In this document: piece by piece, positions 48,424 through 55,780 of the stretch | Layout: each line of letters opens with the position of its first letter | How positions within the stretch are numbered: the first letter of the stretch is position 1 | Assembly (NCBI GenBank): GCA_028281605.1 | Contig: JANQJO010000060.1 | Span: 5 to 64,004 of the forward strand | From: Pseudomonadales bacterium | GTDB lineage: Bacteria; Pseudomonadota; Gammaproteobacteria; Pseudomonadales; JANQJO01 | Direction: 5' to 3' | DNA length: 64,000 nt | The notes under the pieces: generated by a model | Databases searched by the model: none | What the model was told of the DNA's origin: nothing | Seen by the model: the letters and a program-made list of their open reading frames with translations, nothing else | Position numbers and translations under genes: made by a program

Positions 48424-49329
48424 TTAATAGCTGAAAAGTGCACTGCGCGCGCTATCACAAATTGCCGCGACAGCAGGGTGTTTAACCTTGCGTTCGGCAG
48501 AAATAGCGTAGTATTTTTGTTTTATTTCATCAATTCTACCAATTACCCTAACATTGAAATTACTGCAAATTTCCTCTTCAATGGTGGATGACATAAAGAA
48601 GATGCCTGTGCCGGCTTGGCCAAAGGATTTCATCAAGGCACTGTCATCGAATTGTCCAAAAACAACTGGATGAATATCGTTTTCATGCAACCATCCGTCA
48701 ATTAATTGACGGATTGCGTATTGAGGTGTGGGCAGCAGTACCGGGGTATTGTGCAATGACTGGGGAAAATTATTCCTGCAAGTTTTTGCCAGCCGTGCAG
48801 CAGCAAAACAACTTAAGCCACTCTCTCCCAGTAAGTGGTTATATGCTTTGACACTGATTGCATTGGTCACGGGTGTGTCACTCAGAACCATATCGACTTT
48901 ATGAATCGCCAAGTCAGCTAACATGGTGTCAACGGCTCCCTCACGGCTGGTGAGGCTAATATCGTGAGGTAAGTGCAGGGCCGGCTCAATAATTTTATAA
49001 ACAATAGTTTTGGGTAAGGCGCTCGCTGCACCAACAATGAACTCTGACGGTCCTACGGCGGGCACACCGCGCAGGACATCACTCAATTCTCGACCGAGCT
49101 CAAATATTTCATCAGCGTAGTGTAACACCAGGCGGCCAGTTTCCGTTAACTGCAAGCCTCTTCCTACTTTATCAAATAAAGCGTTGCCGATTCGTTGCTC
49201 TAAGAGTGACAGTTGTCCACTGATGGTTTGTGGGGTGATGTGTAATTTCTCACTGGCTTTGGCGATACTGCCTTCATGAGCCACTGTCCAAAAGTAATGT
49301 AGATGTTTGTAATTCATGGTATCTGGCAT
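48424..49329 (-). CDS. nhaR: LysR-family regulator, NhaR-like
   Basis: NYKHLHYFWTVAHEGSIAKASEKLHITPQTISGQL resembles the E. coli NhaR N-terminus. Adjacent to the Na+/cation export operon. Confidence 0.75.
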   Translation of the reverse strand: MPDTMNYKHLHYFWTVAHEGSIAKASEKLHITPQTISGQLSLLEQRIGNALFDKVGRGLQLTETGRLVLHYADEIFELGRELSDVLRGVPAVGPSEFIVGAASALPKTIVYKIIEPALHLPHDISLTSREGAVDTMLADLAIHKVDMVLSDTPVTNAISVKAYNHLLGESGLSCFAAARLAKTCRNNFPQSLHNTPVLLPTPQYAIRQLIDGWLHENDIHPVVFGQFDDSALMKSFGQAGTGIFFMSSTIEEEICSNFNVRVIGRIDEIKQKYYAISAERKVKHPAVAAICDSARSALFSY

Positions 49330-49352
49330 GTTTGTTTCCTCTTGTAGTAATC

Positions 49353-49377
49353 AACACTTCGATATAATCGAAGTGTT
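49353..49377. promoter_or_regulatory. perfect 25-bp palindrome in the nhaR / hpf-like divergent intergenic region (candidate operator)
   Basis: AACACTTCGAT-ATA-ATCGAAGTGTT, located 24 bp upstream of the nhaR ORF start. Confidence 0.35.
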
Positions 49378-49470
49378 AAGTCAATAATAAACGATTTTTT
49401 CTTTATTTTATACCTTGCTATGCTGAATTTGAAAGTGTAACCAAGTAACTTGAATGAGGATTGATTGATC

Positions 49471-49842
49471 ATGATTGTAAAAATACACACTCGAGGTTTT
49501 CCACTGTCTAATGCGTTATATGACTACACTGATGCGAAAGTTAGATTGATACTGGGCCTTTATAGGAACAAACTTCGTCGTATCGATGTATTTTTGACTG
49601 ATGTGAATGGCCCCAAAGGAGGTGAAGATATGCGATGCAAGATAAAAATCAAGGCTGATGGGTATCCTTCCATCGTTGTCCACGAAACGGCTGAAGATTT
49701 GTATAATGCCATTAACATTTGCTTGCATAGAATCAAGCGTGCCATTGGTCGTCGTTTTGATCGTGCTTTACCACATCGTAAAGGGCTTATCGAATATGGG
49801 CATATTTATAAAGATGATCAGTTTCCCACAACTGTTATTTAG
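49471..49842 (+). CDS. HPF/RaiA-family ribosome-associated protein (short form)
   Basis: MIVKIHTRGFPLSNALYDY...ETAEDLYNAINICLHRIKRAIGRR follows the S30EA/HPF pattern. ATG at 49471 lies after GAGGA. Confidence 0.6.
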   Translation: MIVKIHTRGFPLSNALYDYTDAKVRLILGLYRNKLRRIDVFLTDVNGPKGGEDMRCKIKIKADGYPSIVVHETAEDLYNAINICLHRIKRAIGRRFDRALPHRKGLIEYGHIYKDDQFPTTVI

Positions 49843-49919
49843 AGAGCTTTGATGATATGATGGCTGATTAAGGAATGGTCACGAAATAACCATATATTCA
49901 TGATACACGGGGTGGGATA

Positions 49920-50363
49920 ATGCAAAGCGAGTATAGAAAGTGTTTTACCTTGTTGATGGCTGTTGCTATGTTGTTTTCAATGGTTCCGGTTTATGCTCAA
50001 CAAGATATAAGAAGTGCGTGTATTGCGCATAAAAAAAGCACTACTGGTACAGATAATGGACTTTGCCAAAGTTACGTGGGTGGATTTCTAGACGGGGCTC
50101 TGCTGACTGATACTGCGATCATCGATAATTTTATCAATGAGAAATCCAGTTTTTTTCAGCGTGCTTATCAAACAAGAGCTGCGAAAGTTCGAAAACCTTT
50201 GCCGGCTACCTATTTAGCTAAATTTTGTTTGCCTCAATCTGAAACATTTCCCAAAATTGTTGACACCATTATTGAAAATTTGGATAGCTCTTTGCTTGAG
50301 TTGAAACCACTCAACCATGTGACCTATGAAACAATTAAGCGCATATATCCATGTGAGGAGTAG
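49920..50363 (+). CDS. hypothetical periplasmic protein (147 aa, five Cys)
   Basis: Signal peptide LLMAVAMLFSMVPVYAQQ. No domain recognised. Confidence 0.55.
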   Translation: MQSEYRKCFTLLMAVAMLFSMVPVYAQQDIRSACIAHKKSTTGTDNGLCQSYVGGFLDGALLTDTAIIDNFINEKSSFFQRAYQTRAAKVRKPLPATYLAKFCLPQSETFPKIVDTIIENLDSSLLELKPLNHVTYETIKRIYPCEE

Positions 50364-50408
50364 GTTTGATAAAATCTTGCGATTATGAATAAGAATTCAT
50401 GCCTGTTT

Positions 50409-50509
50409 AGGAGGTGTCCCAGAATAAAGTTTACAAGCTTCGCTCCTGAACTCGCTGCGCTCAGACATGCATCCGCTCACATTGTAAGCTTTATTCTGGG
50501 ACACCTCCT
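50409..50509 (+). repeat. 101-bp hairpin repeat, copy 3 (divergent arms, conserved centre)
   Basis: 28-bp arms AGGAGGTGTCCCAGAATAAAGTTTACAA and TTGTAAGCTTTATTCTGGGACACCTCCT give 27 Watson-Crick pairs plus 1 T-G. Centre CGCTCCTGAACTCGCTGCGCTCAGACATGCATCCGCTC. Confidence 0.85.
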
Positions 50510-50679
50510 TAGACTAGACTGTAATGATGAGCTGTTTGATTAAATAGTTTTGATCAAAAAGCATCTGCTGGATGGTATTTCTGCGTAGCCAGTTGGTAAG
50601 TTAGACTCTGTAAATTCAATCAGTATCAGTTAAGCAGCGAGAAAAACCGCTGTTTCTGAATGGACACTAATTTAGAGAC

Positions 50680-51819
50680 TTACTTTTTCTCTGCTTCATT
50701 AATGACCCATTGATAATCGCCAACAGTTGTATGCAAGGTTGTGAGTGTTTTTTCTGTCATGCGTCTTTTTCTGATATTTAAAACAATATTAATGGCTTGG
50801 TGTAACATGTATGGAATGATATTTTGCTCCACAGGATCTCCCATGCGTAACCCGGGTCCCTTTTGTATTTCTGTCATAAAAGGTTGTAAATTTTCATCTA
50901 CCAGAAAATCAGCTCCATATACACCAAAGCAATCGCCTTGTTTGGGGTAATCTTGCAGTAATCTGGATTTACCTGCTTGGACAACGTGGGCTATGTATTG
51001 ACGAATCTTTGGCATCAACTGGTTTTGGCAAAACCCAAGTTCTGTTATGTTGGCTTCGTAAAGGTATTGATCGAGTTCGCTATAAGACCATTTATAACGT
51101 AGTGATGAATCAAATTCTGGATGCATTTTTTGTTGGTAATAATTAGTCATGTGTACCAAAGGGTTATCGAAGTCTTCATTTTTATAGGGCATTGCGGTTA
51201 ATCGTACTTTTCCTTGTGGGTAGAGCAATACCAGAAGTGGATCAATGCTGGCCAGTAACCAATAAACGCGAATGTCGAACTTTCTGTTGTGTATTAATAA
51301 AGGATTTTTAAGATAACGTTGAATCACCCGGTTTGCATCGTCATCATAATGACCCGGTGGGTAGAAATTGTTTGCTGCCAGCTGTCGGGTTTGCCAAAGA
51401 ATTTGGATGCCACGACCACGAGAATTGCCGCCAGGTTTGTAAATCCATGTGTTTTCTGGATCTTCTGTTTGAGGTTGTTGCTGCATAAAAGCATGTTGTT
51501 CTTTAGTATCATTCAAACAGTATGTTTCAGGAAAAAAGTCGTGCATGGAAATGCTTTTATCGGTGCTATAGATGTGATTCTTCTCATAGTGTTTGAGCGC
51601 TTCAGTGATGTGTCCTTTATTGGTGAGAATATTTTCATGAATAAAATGATTGAGTAGTTGAAAGGGTTGTAATGATTTTGCGTATTGTTTGGATTCCTTT
51701 CTGACCCATAATAAGTCAGCTTTTTCTGCACTACTTACCAAGTCAAAATCATAGTGAGTAAATATTCGAATGGCATTTTTAGAGCGTTTATCGGTGAAAA
51801 TTTTACTCTGTGGGTTCAT
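50680..51819 (-). CDS. tubulin-tyrosine-ligase-like (TTL family) ATP-grasp protein
   Basis: TTL-type blocks: QLLNHF..LTNK, WIYKPGGNSRGRGIQIL, RVIQRYLKNPLLIHNRKFDIRVYWLL, CFGVYGADFLVDENLQPFMTEIQKGPGL. ATG at 51819 lies after AAGGAC. Confidence 0.8.
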   Translation of the reverse strand: MNPQSKIFTDKRSKNAIRIFTHYDFDLVSSAEKADLLWVRKESKQYAKSLQPFQLLNHFIHENILTNKGHITEALKHYEKNHIYSTDKSISMHDFFPETYCLNDTKEQHAFMQQQPQTEDPENTWIYKPGGNSRGRGIQILWQTRQLAANNFYPPGHYDDDANRVIQRYLKNPLLIHNRKFDIRVYWLLASIDPLLVLLYPQGKVRLTAMPYKNEDFDNPLVHMTNYYQQKMHPEFDSSLRYKWSYSELDQYLYEANITELGFCQNQLMPKIRQYIAHVVQAGKSRLLQDYPKQGDCFGVYGADFLVDENLQPFMTEIQKGPGLRMGDPVEQNIIPYMLHQAINIVLNIRKRRMTEKTLTTLHTTVGDYQWVINEAEKK

Positions 51820-51910
51820 AATGTCCTTTAAGATATAAATAGATAGCAAGCAGAATACTAATAATAGATGCGAGAAAACCTATTAGTTGTAGAAAATCAT
51901 TCAATTTCTG

Positions 51911-52489
51911 CTAGCTCCTTGCCCGAGAAATCTGAAGAATTATGCAGATTGCGCCTACAACCAATGCAATGACTGTGGATTTGAGAACTATTAGGCCAAC
52001 AATTGAGATTATGCTACCTAAATACATGGGATGCCTAATAAATGAATATATTCCCGATGATACAAAATATTTTGCTTGAGGCGTTATGCTAAAGGCAGTT
52101 CTCAGATTGGCAAGCGAGAAAAGCGAAATTGTAATTCCTATTCCTAATACAATTAATGGCACTCCGATGTAAGTTGCTAGAATATCAGCTGCTGGTAGCA
52201 ATAGAAATGGTAGAAAGGAACCAAAAAGCGCAATAACATTTGGAAAAAACTCTAAAAATCTTCGTTTTATTGGGCCTGATAGCAGAAGAATAATTGCTGC
52301 TAGCAAAAAGTAAACAGCTGTTATCCCGTTATTAATTAGCGCATTAACAATGATAAAGGTTCCATCAACGCCCTTGACCTTTTGAAGGGTAGAAAAGCCT
52401 TCTTGGAGATTGGAAAGATAGTAAATTGAGGTACAGCTTAATATCGAGCTGATTAAATACGACTCGTATTTAAAAAATCTATTTAGCAC
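51911..52489 (-). CDS. isoprenylcysteine carboxyl methyltransferase (ICMT/Ste14/PEMT) family membrane protein
   Basis: Polytopic protein with C-terminal GIYSFIRHPMYLGSIISIVGL. GTG start after AAGGAC. Confidence 0.72.
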   Translation of the reverse strand: MLNRFFKYESYLISSILSCTSIYYLSNLQEGFSTLQKVKGVDGTFIIVNALINNGITAVYFLLAAIILLLSGPIKRRFLEFFPNVIALFGSFLPFLLLPAADILATYIGVPLIVLGIGITISLFSLANLRTAFSITPQAKYFVSSGIYSFIRHPMYLGSIISIVGLIVLKSTVIALVVGAICIILQISRARS

Positions 52490-52585
52490 AGTAAAGTCCT
52501 TGTTTTTTTGTTCATGCTAGTCCCTGATTCTTCTATTGAGAAATTACAACTTGCCTATCCCGTCATCGCGTATATAATATTGTTA

Positions 52586-52780
52586 TTAGGCGGAGTCCCC
52601 TGATACTTGTTGAAATGAAAGCTCCTTGATATTTGCATGTTCTATTGTAATATCAACCAAACTCCCATTTGCATCAAGATCGATATAAATGTTTTCGTTG
52701 ATTTCCTTAGTTTCATGCACTGATTGCTCAGAAAACTCTATTAAGGCAGTATCAGTATCCTCAAAGTATTTAATTTTCAC
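52586..52780 (-). CDS. DUF2283-like small protein (putative antitoxin)
   Basis: (M)KIKYFEDTDTALIEF...DLDANGSLVDITIEHA is a paralogue pattern of the ORF at 57379-57606. GTG start after AAGGAG. Confidence 0.6.
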   Translation of the reverse strand: MKIKYFEDTDTALIEFSEQSVHETKEINENIYIDLDANGSLVDITIEHANIKELSFQQVSGDSA

Positions 52781-52784
52781 TTAT

Positions 52785-52966
52785 TCACTCCTTAAAATTT
52801 CTATCAAAGAAAGCATTATGAACCGTCAAACCATCTTCAAGAAGGCGACCATCGCTTTGGACAAGTGACTGTACAGGGCAATTAACTGCTTGCTCAATCC
52901 ACTCCAGCTCTATGTCCGACCTGTCTTTTTTTGTCTTGTATGTAGAAAGTACTGAGTAAATTTCAC
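52785..52966 (-). pseudogene. DUF4258-like gene interrupted by a frameshift at an A7 run
   Basis: Two reading frames (VKFTQYFLHTRQKK.. then ..IELEWIEQAVNCPVQSLVQSDGRLLEDG..) join if the run at 52926-52932 changes length by one base. Same position relative to DUF2283 as 57590-57829. Confidence 0.4.
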
Positions 52967-52998
52967 GTTTCTCTTTACACCTAATGTTTTCTGTTGTC

Positions 52999-53097
52999 GT
53001 CTAACGCCGTTGTAAATTGCAGTTTTGGAGTTGCTACCTTTGTGCCACTAAGTACAAAAGGAGCGATGGAAAAACTGTCGATTTGACGACCTTAGTT
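52999..53097 (-). repeat. attC-like site (slightly degenerate)
   Basis: + strand GTCTAAC at 52999-53005. The arms CTAACGCCGTTGTAAATTGCAGTTTT and AAAACTGTCGATTTGACGACCTTAG pair imperfectly. Confidence 0.55.
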
Positions 53098-53121
53098 ATT
53101 TCTATGCATATGTTTCTTAGT

Positions 53122-53328
53122 TTAGCTAAACATTGGATAATCTGGATCTCCCTCCATACTTTGTTTCGTATTAGGATTAACCCAGTTAGAATACAATCCG
53201 TGTAGCTGTCCATTGGATATATTATCACAGGCTTCCTTTAGTTTTTCTGTGGTTTCTCTGATACGACTTGCACCGAAAAGCAAAATCCATAACCCACCAT
53301 AACCTCGGATAAAATTAACTCTCATCAC
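53122..53328 (-). CDS. doubtful 68-aa ORF
   Basis: Open frame only. It sits between a mazF 3-prime remnant and an attC, and no similarity was recognised. Confidence 0.2.
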   Translation of the reverse strand: MMRVNFIRGYGGLWILLFGASRIRETTEKLKEACDNISNGQLHGLYSNWVNPNTKQSMEGDPDYPMFS

Positions 53329-53332
53329 TTAA

Positions 53333-53374
53333 CAACAACTCAACCACAACCCATACAAACCTGCTCTAACTTCT
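53333..53374 (-). pseudogene. 42-nt remnant of a mazF-like 3-prime end
   Basis: About 86% identical to 56755-56795 (the C-terminal coding part of the mazF-like gene). The frame is broken. Confidence 0.6.
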
Positions 53375-53385
53375 GATAATTTTTA

Positions 53386-53790
53386 TTATGAGTTTCCAAT
53401 ATCTTGCTCTTCGGCATATTGAGCATATAGTAAATCAGCAAAATCCTGCTCATCAAGCTCATTAAGAACTAAGTCTCTAACCGCATCTGCAAGCAGTTCG
53501 TTATCACAGATTAGCTCATAATCATTTAGCGACAGATACTCTAACGCTACTGCAAGCCCTGTTCGCTTATTAGCATCTGGTAATGCGTGAGCAATAGCTA
53601 TACAAGATGCATATTTTGCAGCTATCTCGAAGACATCATTTAGACTTGAGTAAACAATCGCATTATCAATCCTTCCAAGTGCGCTTTGTAATTTGCCGAC
53701 ATCAACGGAGCCCTTCATCCCGGGTTCATGTTCTAAAATAAATGCGTTAATCTCAATGACTCTTTCAAATGGAAATTGAATCACATCCAT
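53386..53790 (-). CDS. doc: Fic/Doc-family toxin (death-on-curing)
   Basis: Fic motif variant HALPDANKRTG. Size is 134 aa. Confidence 0.85.
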   Translation of the reverse strand: MDVIQFPFERVIEINAFILEHEPGMKGSVDVGKLQSALGRIDNAIVYSSLNDVFEIAAKYASCIAIAHALPDANKRTGLAVALEYLSLNDYELICDNELLADAVRDLVLNELDEQDFADLLYAQYAEEQDIGNS

Positions 53791-53960
53791 TACATATCTG
53801 CCAATTTTTCAAATGTTTTTTTGTGCGTTCTTAATGCAAGCTTAGTTTCAGATTTTACAATTTGTTGCCCATGCACTCCAGATAAGTCTAACTTTTTATT
53901 TGCAGCAATCTTCGGCCTTTTTACTGCTTTTACGCCATATTTTTCAATTTTTTTGTTCAT
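53790..53960 (-). CDS. unannotated 56-aa ORF, putative Doc antitoxin
   Basis: MNKKIEKYGVKAVKRPKIAANKKLDLSGVHGQQIVKSETKLALRTHKKTFEKLADM. Its TAA overlaps the doc ATG (ATGTAATGG). It is below the ORF-track size cutoff. Confidence 0.5.
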   Translation of the reverse strand: MNKKIEKYGVKAVKRPKIAANKKLDLSGVHGQQIVKSETKLALRTHKKTFEKLADM

Positions 53961-54039
53961 ATCGACTCACTTAATTACAAATCACTTACATCTTGAACTA
54001 AAATTGCACATACTTACAATACTACCTAACACCTTCTTA

Positions 54040-54222
54040 CTAATCGTCTTCGCGCCACATTCTGCTATATAGAACATGCGTTAATGATACGAAAATTACC
54101 CCTAACGCAAGGATAAGCACTATGCTGATTATGGAAATCTCGTTTATCGAATATAGCCAATATAGAAAAGCAGCCAGGATGAGTATGAAAATTGAGCTAA
54201 TAGTGATTGATCGAAGGTTCAT
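54040..54222 (-). CDS. small two-TM membrane protein (possible immunity protein)
   Basis: MNLRSITISSIFILILAAFLYWLY..IISIVLILALGVIFVSL. Lies immediately downstream of the glycine-rich peptide gene. Confidence 0.45.
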   Translation of the reverse strand: MNLRSITISSIFILILAAFLYWLYSINEISIISIVLILALGVIFVSLTHVLYSRMWREDD

Positions 54223-54224
54223 CG

Positions 54225-54442
54225 CTACTTCCAAAAAGAGTCAAAAGCGACTTCTGCGCCGATGGCTAACATGAGACCACCCACAAACACACCGATACCA
54301 ACATAAACAGGAGCCCCTGGGCCACAGGCAAAACCTGCTGTAGCACCACCCGCCACAGAACCTAGCAAACTGCCACACTAAATGCTGCGCCTTCCATACC
54401 AGCTAGTGCAGATTGCAAATCTAGCATTTCATTACTTTCCAT
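54225..54442 (-). pseudogene. glycine-rich hydrophobic peptide gene (class II bacteriocin/microcin-like) split by a -1 frame change
   Basis: GGAG then ATG at 54442 gives MESNEMLDLQSALAGMEGAAFSVAVC, stopping at 54362. The -1 frame continues GSLLGSVAGGATAGFACGPGAPVYVGIGVFVGGLMLAIGAEVAFDSFWK. Confidence 0.4.
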
Positions 54443-54470
54443 TTATGACTCCTTTGTTTTTGGCATTTAG

Positions 54471-54548
54471 GTATAACGCCGCAATCACGGGTGCCATAAC
54501 CAGAGCGAAGCGGCGGTTATGGCATCCCTGTGTATTGCTTTGTTATGC
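54471..54548 (-). repeat. attC site (conserved family)
   Basis: GTATAAC...GTTATGC with paired arms GCCATAACC and GGTTATGGC. About 80-85% identical to the sites at 57308 and 60769. Confidence 0.8.
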
Positions 54549-54601
54549 TTTTCGCCGTATAATTGTACATAAGATCTGTACAAGTCATTATAAGGTGTAA
54601 T

Positions 54602-54832
54602 ATGGAAAATGTAAATATAACCGAACTTAGGGCTAACTTATTAAAATACTTAAAAAAAGCTCAATCAGGAGAGCAAATATTAATCACTTCCGGAGGGCAG
54701 GTGCTTGCAACTCTTGTGGCACCGATTGACCTTCGTAGGTCCTCCAAAAGAAAATTGAAACAGCTATCAAAAGCAGCCATTTTAAGAGATGTAATATCGC
54801 CTACTGAAGAAACATGGAACGCTGCTCAATGA
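54602..54832 (+). CDS. Phd/YefM-family antitoxin
   Basis: MENVNITELRANLLKYLKKAQSGEQILITSGGQVLATLV. Confidence 0.8.
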   Translation: MENVNITELRANLLKYLKKAQSGEQILITSGGQVLATLVAPIDLRRSSKRKLKQLSKAAILRDVISPTEETWNAAQ

Positions 54833-55224
54833 TACTACTTGATACATGCACCATAGTTTGGGACGCTTTGTCACCTAAAGATATAACTTCAAAAGCAAGG
54901 ACCACAATTGAAAACGCCGATAAAGAGAACTCCCTTTTAGTTTGTGATATTTCTTTTTGGGAAATATCAATGCTTATAAAACGCGGAAGAATAGAAATTG
55001 AGACTAATGCAACGGAATTAATTAATCTCTACCTATCATCAAGAAATATTCAAGTACAAAACATATCACCTGAAATTGCCGAGCTTTCCGTAAACTTAGG
55101 TGCGGAAATTAATAAAGATCCGGCCGATCGTCTAATATCCGCAACTTCGATTATTAGGAATGCAAGACTCGTAACTGCAGATGAAAATCTACGAAATGCT
55201 GAAATCCTTGATACCATTTGGTAA
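54829..55224 (+). CDS. vapC: PIN-domain toxin VapC
   Basis: MILLDTCTIVW..., ...DPADRLISATS..LVTADENL. ATGA overlap with the antitoxin. This is the only cassette oriented on the + strand. Confidence 0.85.
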   Translation: MILLDTCTIVWDALSPKDITSKARTTIENADKENSLLVCDISFWEISMLIKRGRIEIETNATELINLYLSSRNIQVQNISPEIAELSVNLGAEINKDPADRLISATSIIRNARLVTADENLRNAEILDTIW

Positions 55225-55327
55225 GCATAACGCCCGGCTCAGCGAGCAAATTTTGCTGGCAGTGGTTTTGCCGCACAGCGCAAAAGCGGTGACAGTAAAA
55301 TTTGTCCGTTGCAGCCGTTTGTTAGTC
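55225..55327 (-). repeat. attC site
   Basis: GCATAAC...GTTAGTC. It starts directly after the vapC stop. Confidence 0.7.
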
Positions 55328-55413
55328 CAAAACTCGCTCAATGTCTCTACTTAGAGATACGAAAACCTCTTCTGCCTCTTGTTTCTTCAATTTCGATAGT
55401 GGCTTATTAGGAG

Positions 55414-55548
55414 AATTAACCGCTTGAAAAACTCCACGTCGCGTTCACCCGCACCTAAAGTGGAGCACCTTTTGTGTTAAAGTGAAGCGAAGCGGAACAC
55501 ACAAAAGGCGCGGAGCTTTGGGTGTCGGCGTGCAGCGCTTTGTTAGCT
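55414..55548 (-). repeat. attC site (long, 135 bp)
   Basis: AATTAAC...GTTAGCT with inner paired blocks GCACCTTTTGTGTT and AACACACAAAAGGCGC. Confidence 0.6.
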
Positions 55549-55770
55549 TTGGCCTGGTAAAGAACCGTATTCTTTTTTAAATTCAATTTTTATATATTCT
55601 AGGAGCCCTTCAAGATTCTGCTGATCTGTATAAAGGTCAGCCATAACATCTTCATCGGTGGAATCTGGATCAGTTGATTCTATTTCTTTTAACCTTGATG
55701 TAATAGATTCGATAATCAAAGCCCAATCACCCATTGTCATTGGAATAGATAAGCTATCTAGTTTATTCAT
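55543..55770 (-). CDS. acidic 75-aa protein, Tsi2-like putative immunity protein
   Basis: Helical acidic protein ending ..EYGSLPGQS. Size, charge and position after the toxin resemble Tsi2 as I remember it. Its stop lies inside the attC. Confidence 0.5.
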   Translation of the reverse strand: MNKLDSLSIPMTMGDWALIIESITSRLKEIESTDPDSTDEDVMADLYTDQQNLEGLLEYIKIEFKKEYGSLPGQS

Positions 55771-55780
55771 TCTTTTCTCC

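Noticed and set aside
51850-51910. Short inverted repeat TACTAATAATAG...CTATTAGTTGTA between the TTL and ICMT genes as an additional attC
   Set aside because: It is only about 40 bp with 9/12 matching arms and lacks RYYYAAC/GTTRRRY ends. I do not extend the cassette array over the TTL/ICMT genes.
54382-54600. ORFs reading through attC sites (54382-54600, 53017-53205, 53034-53228, 57877-58086)
   Set aside because: They are made almost entirely of attC sequence or the antisense of cassette genes. They have no RBS and no family resemblance, so they are artefacts of the palindromic repeats.
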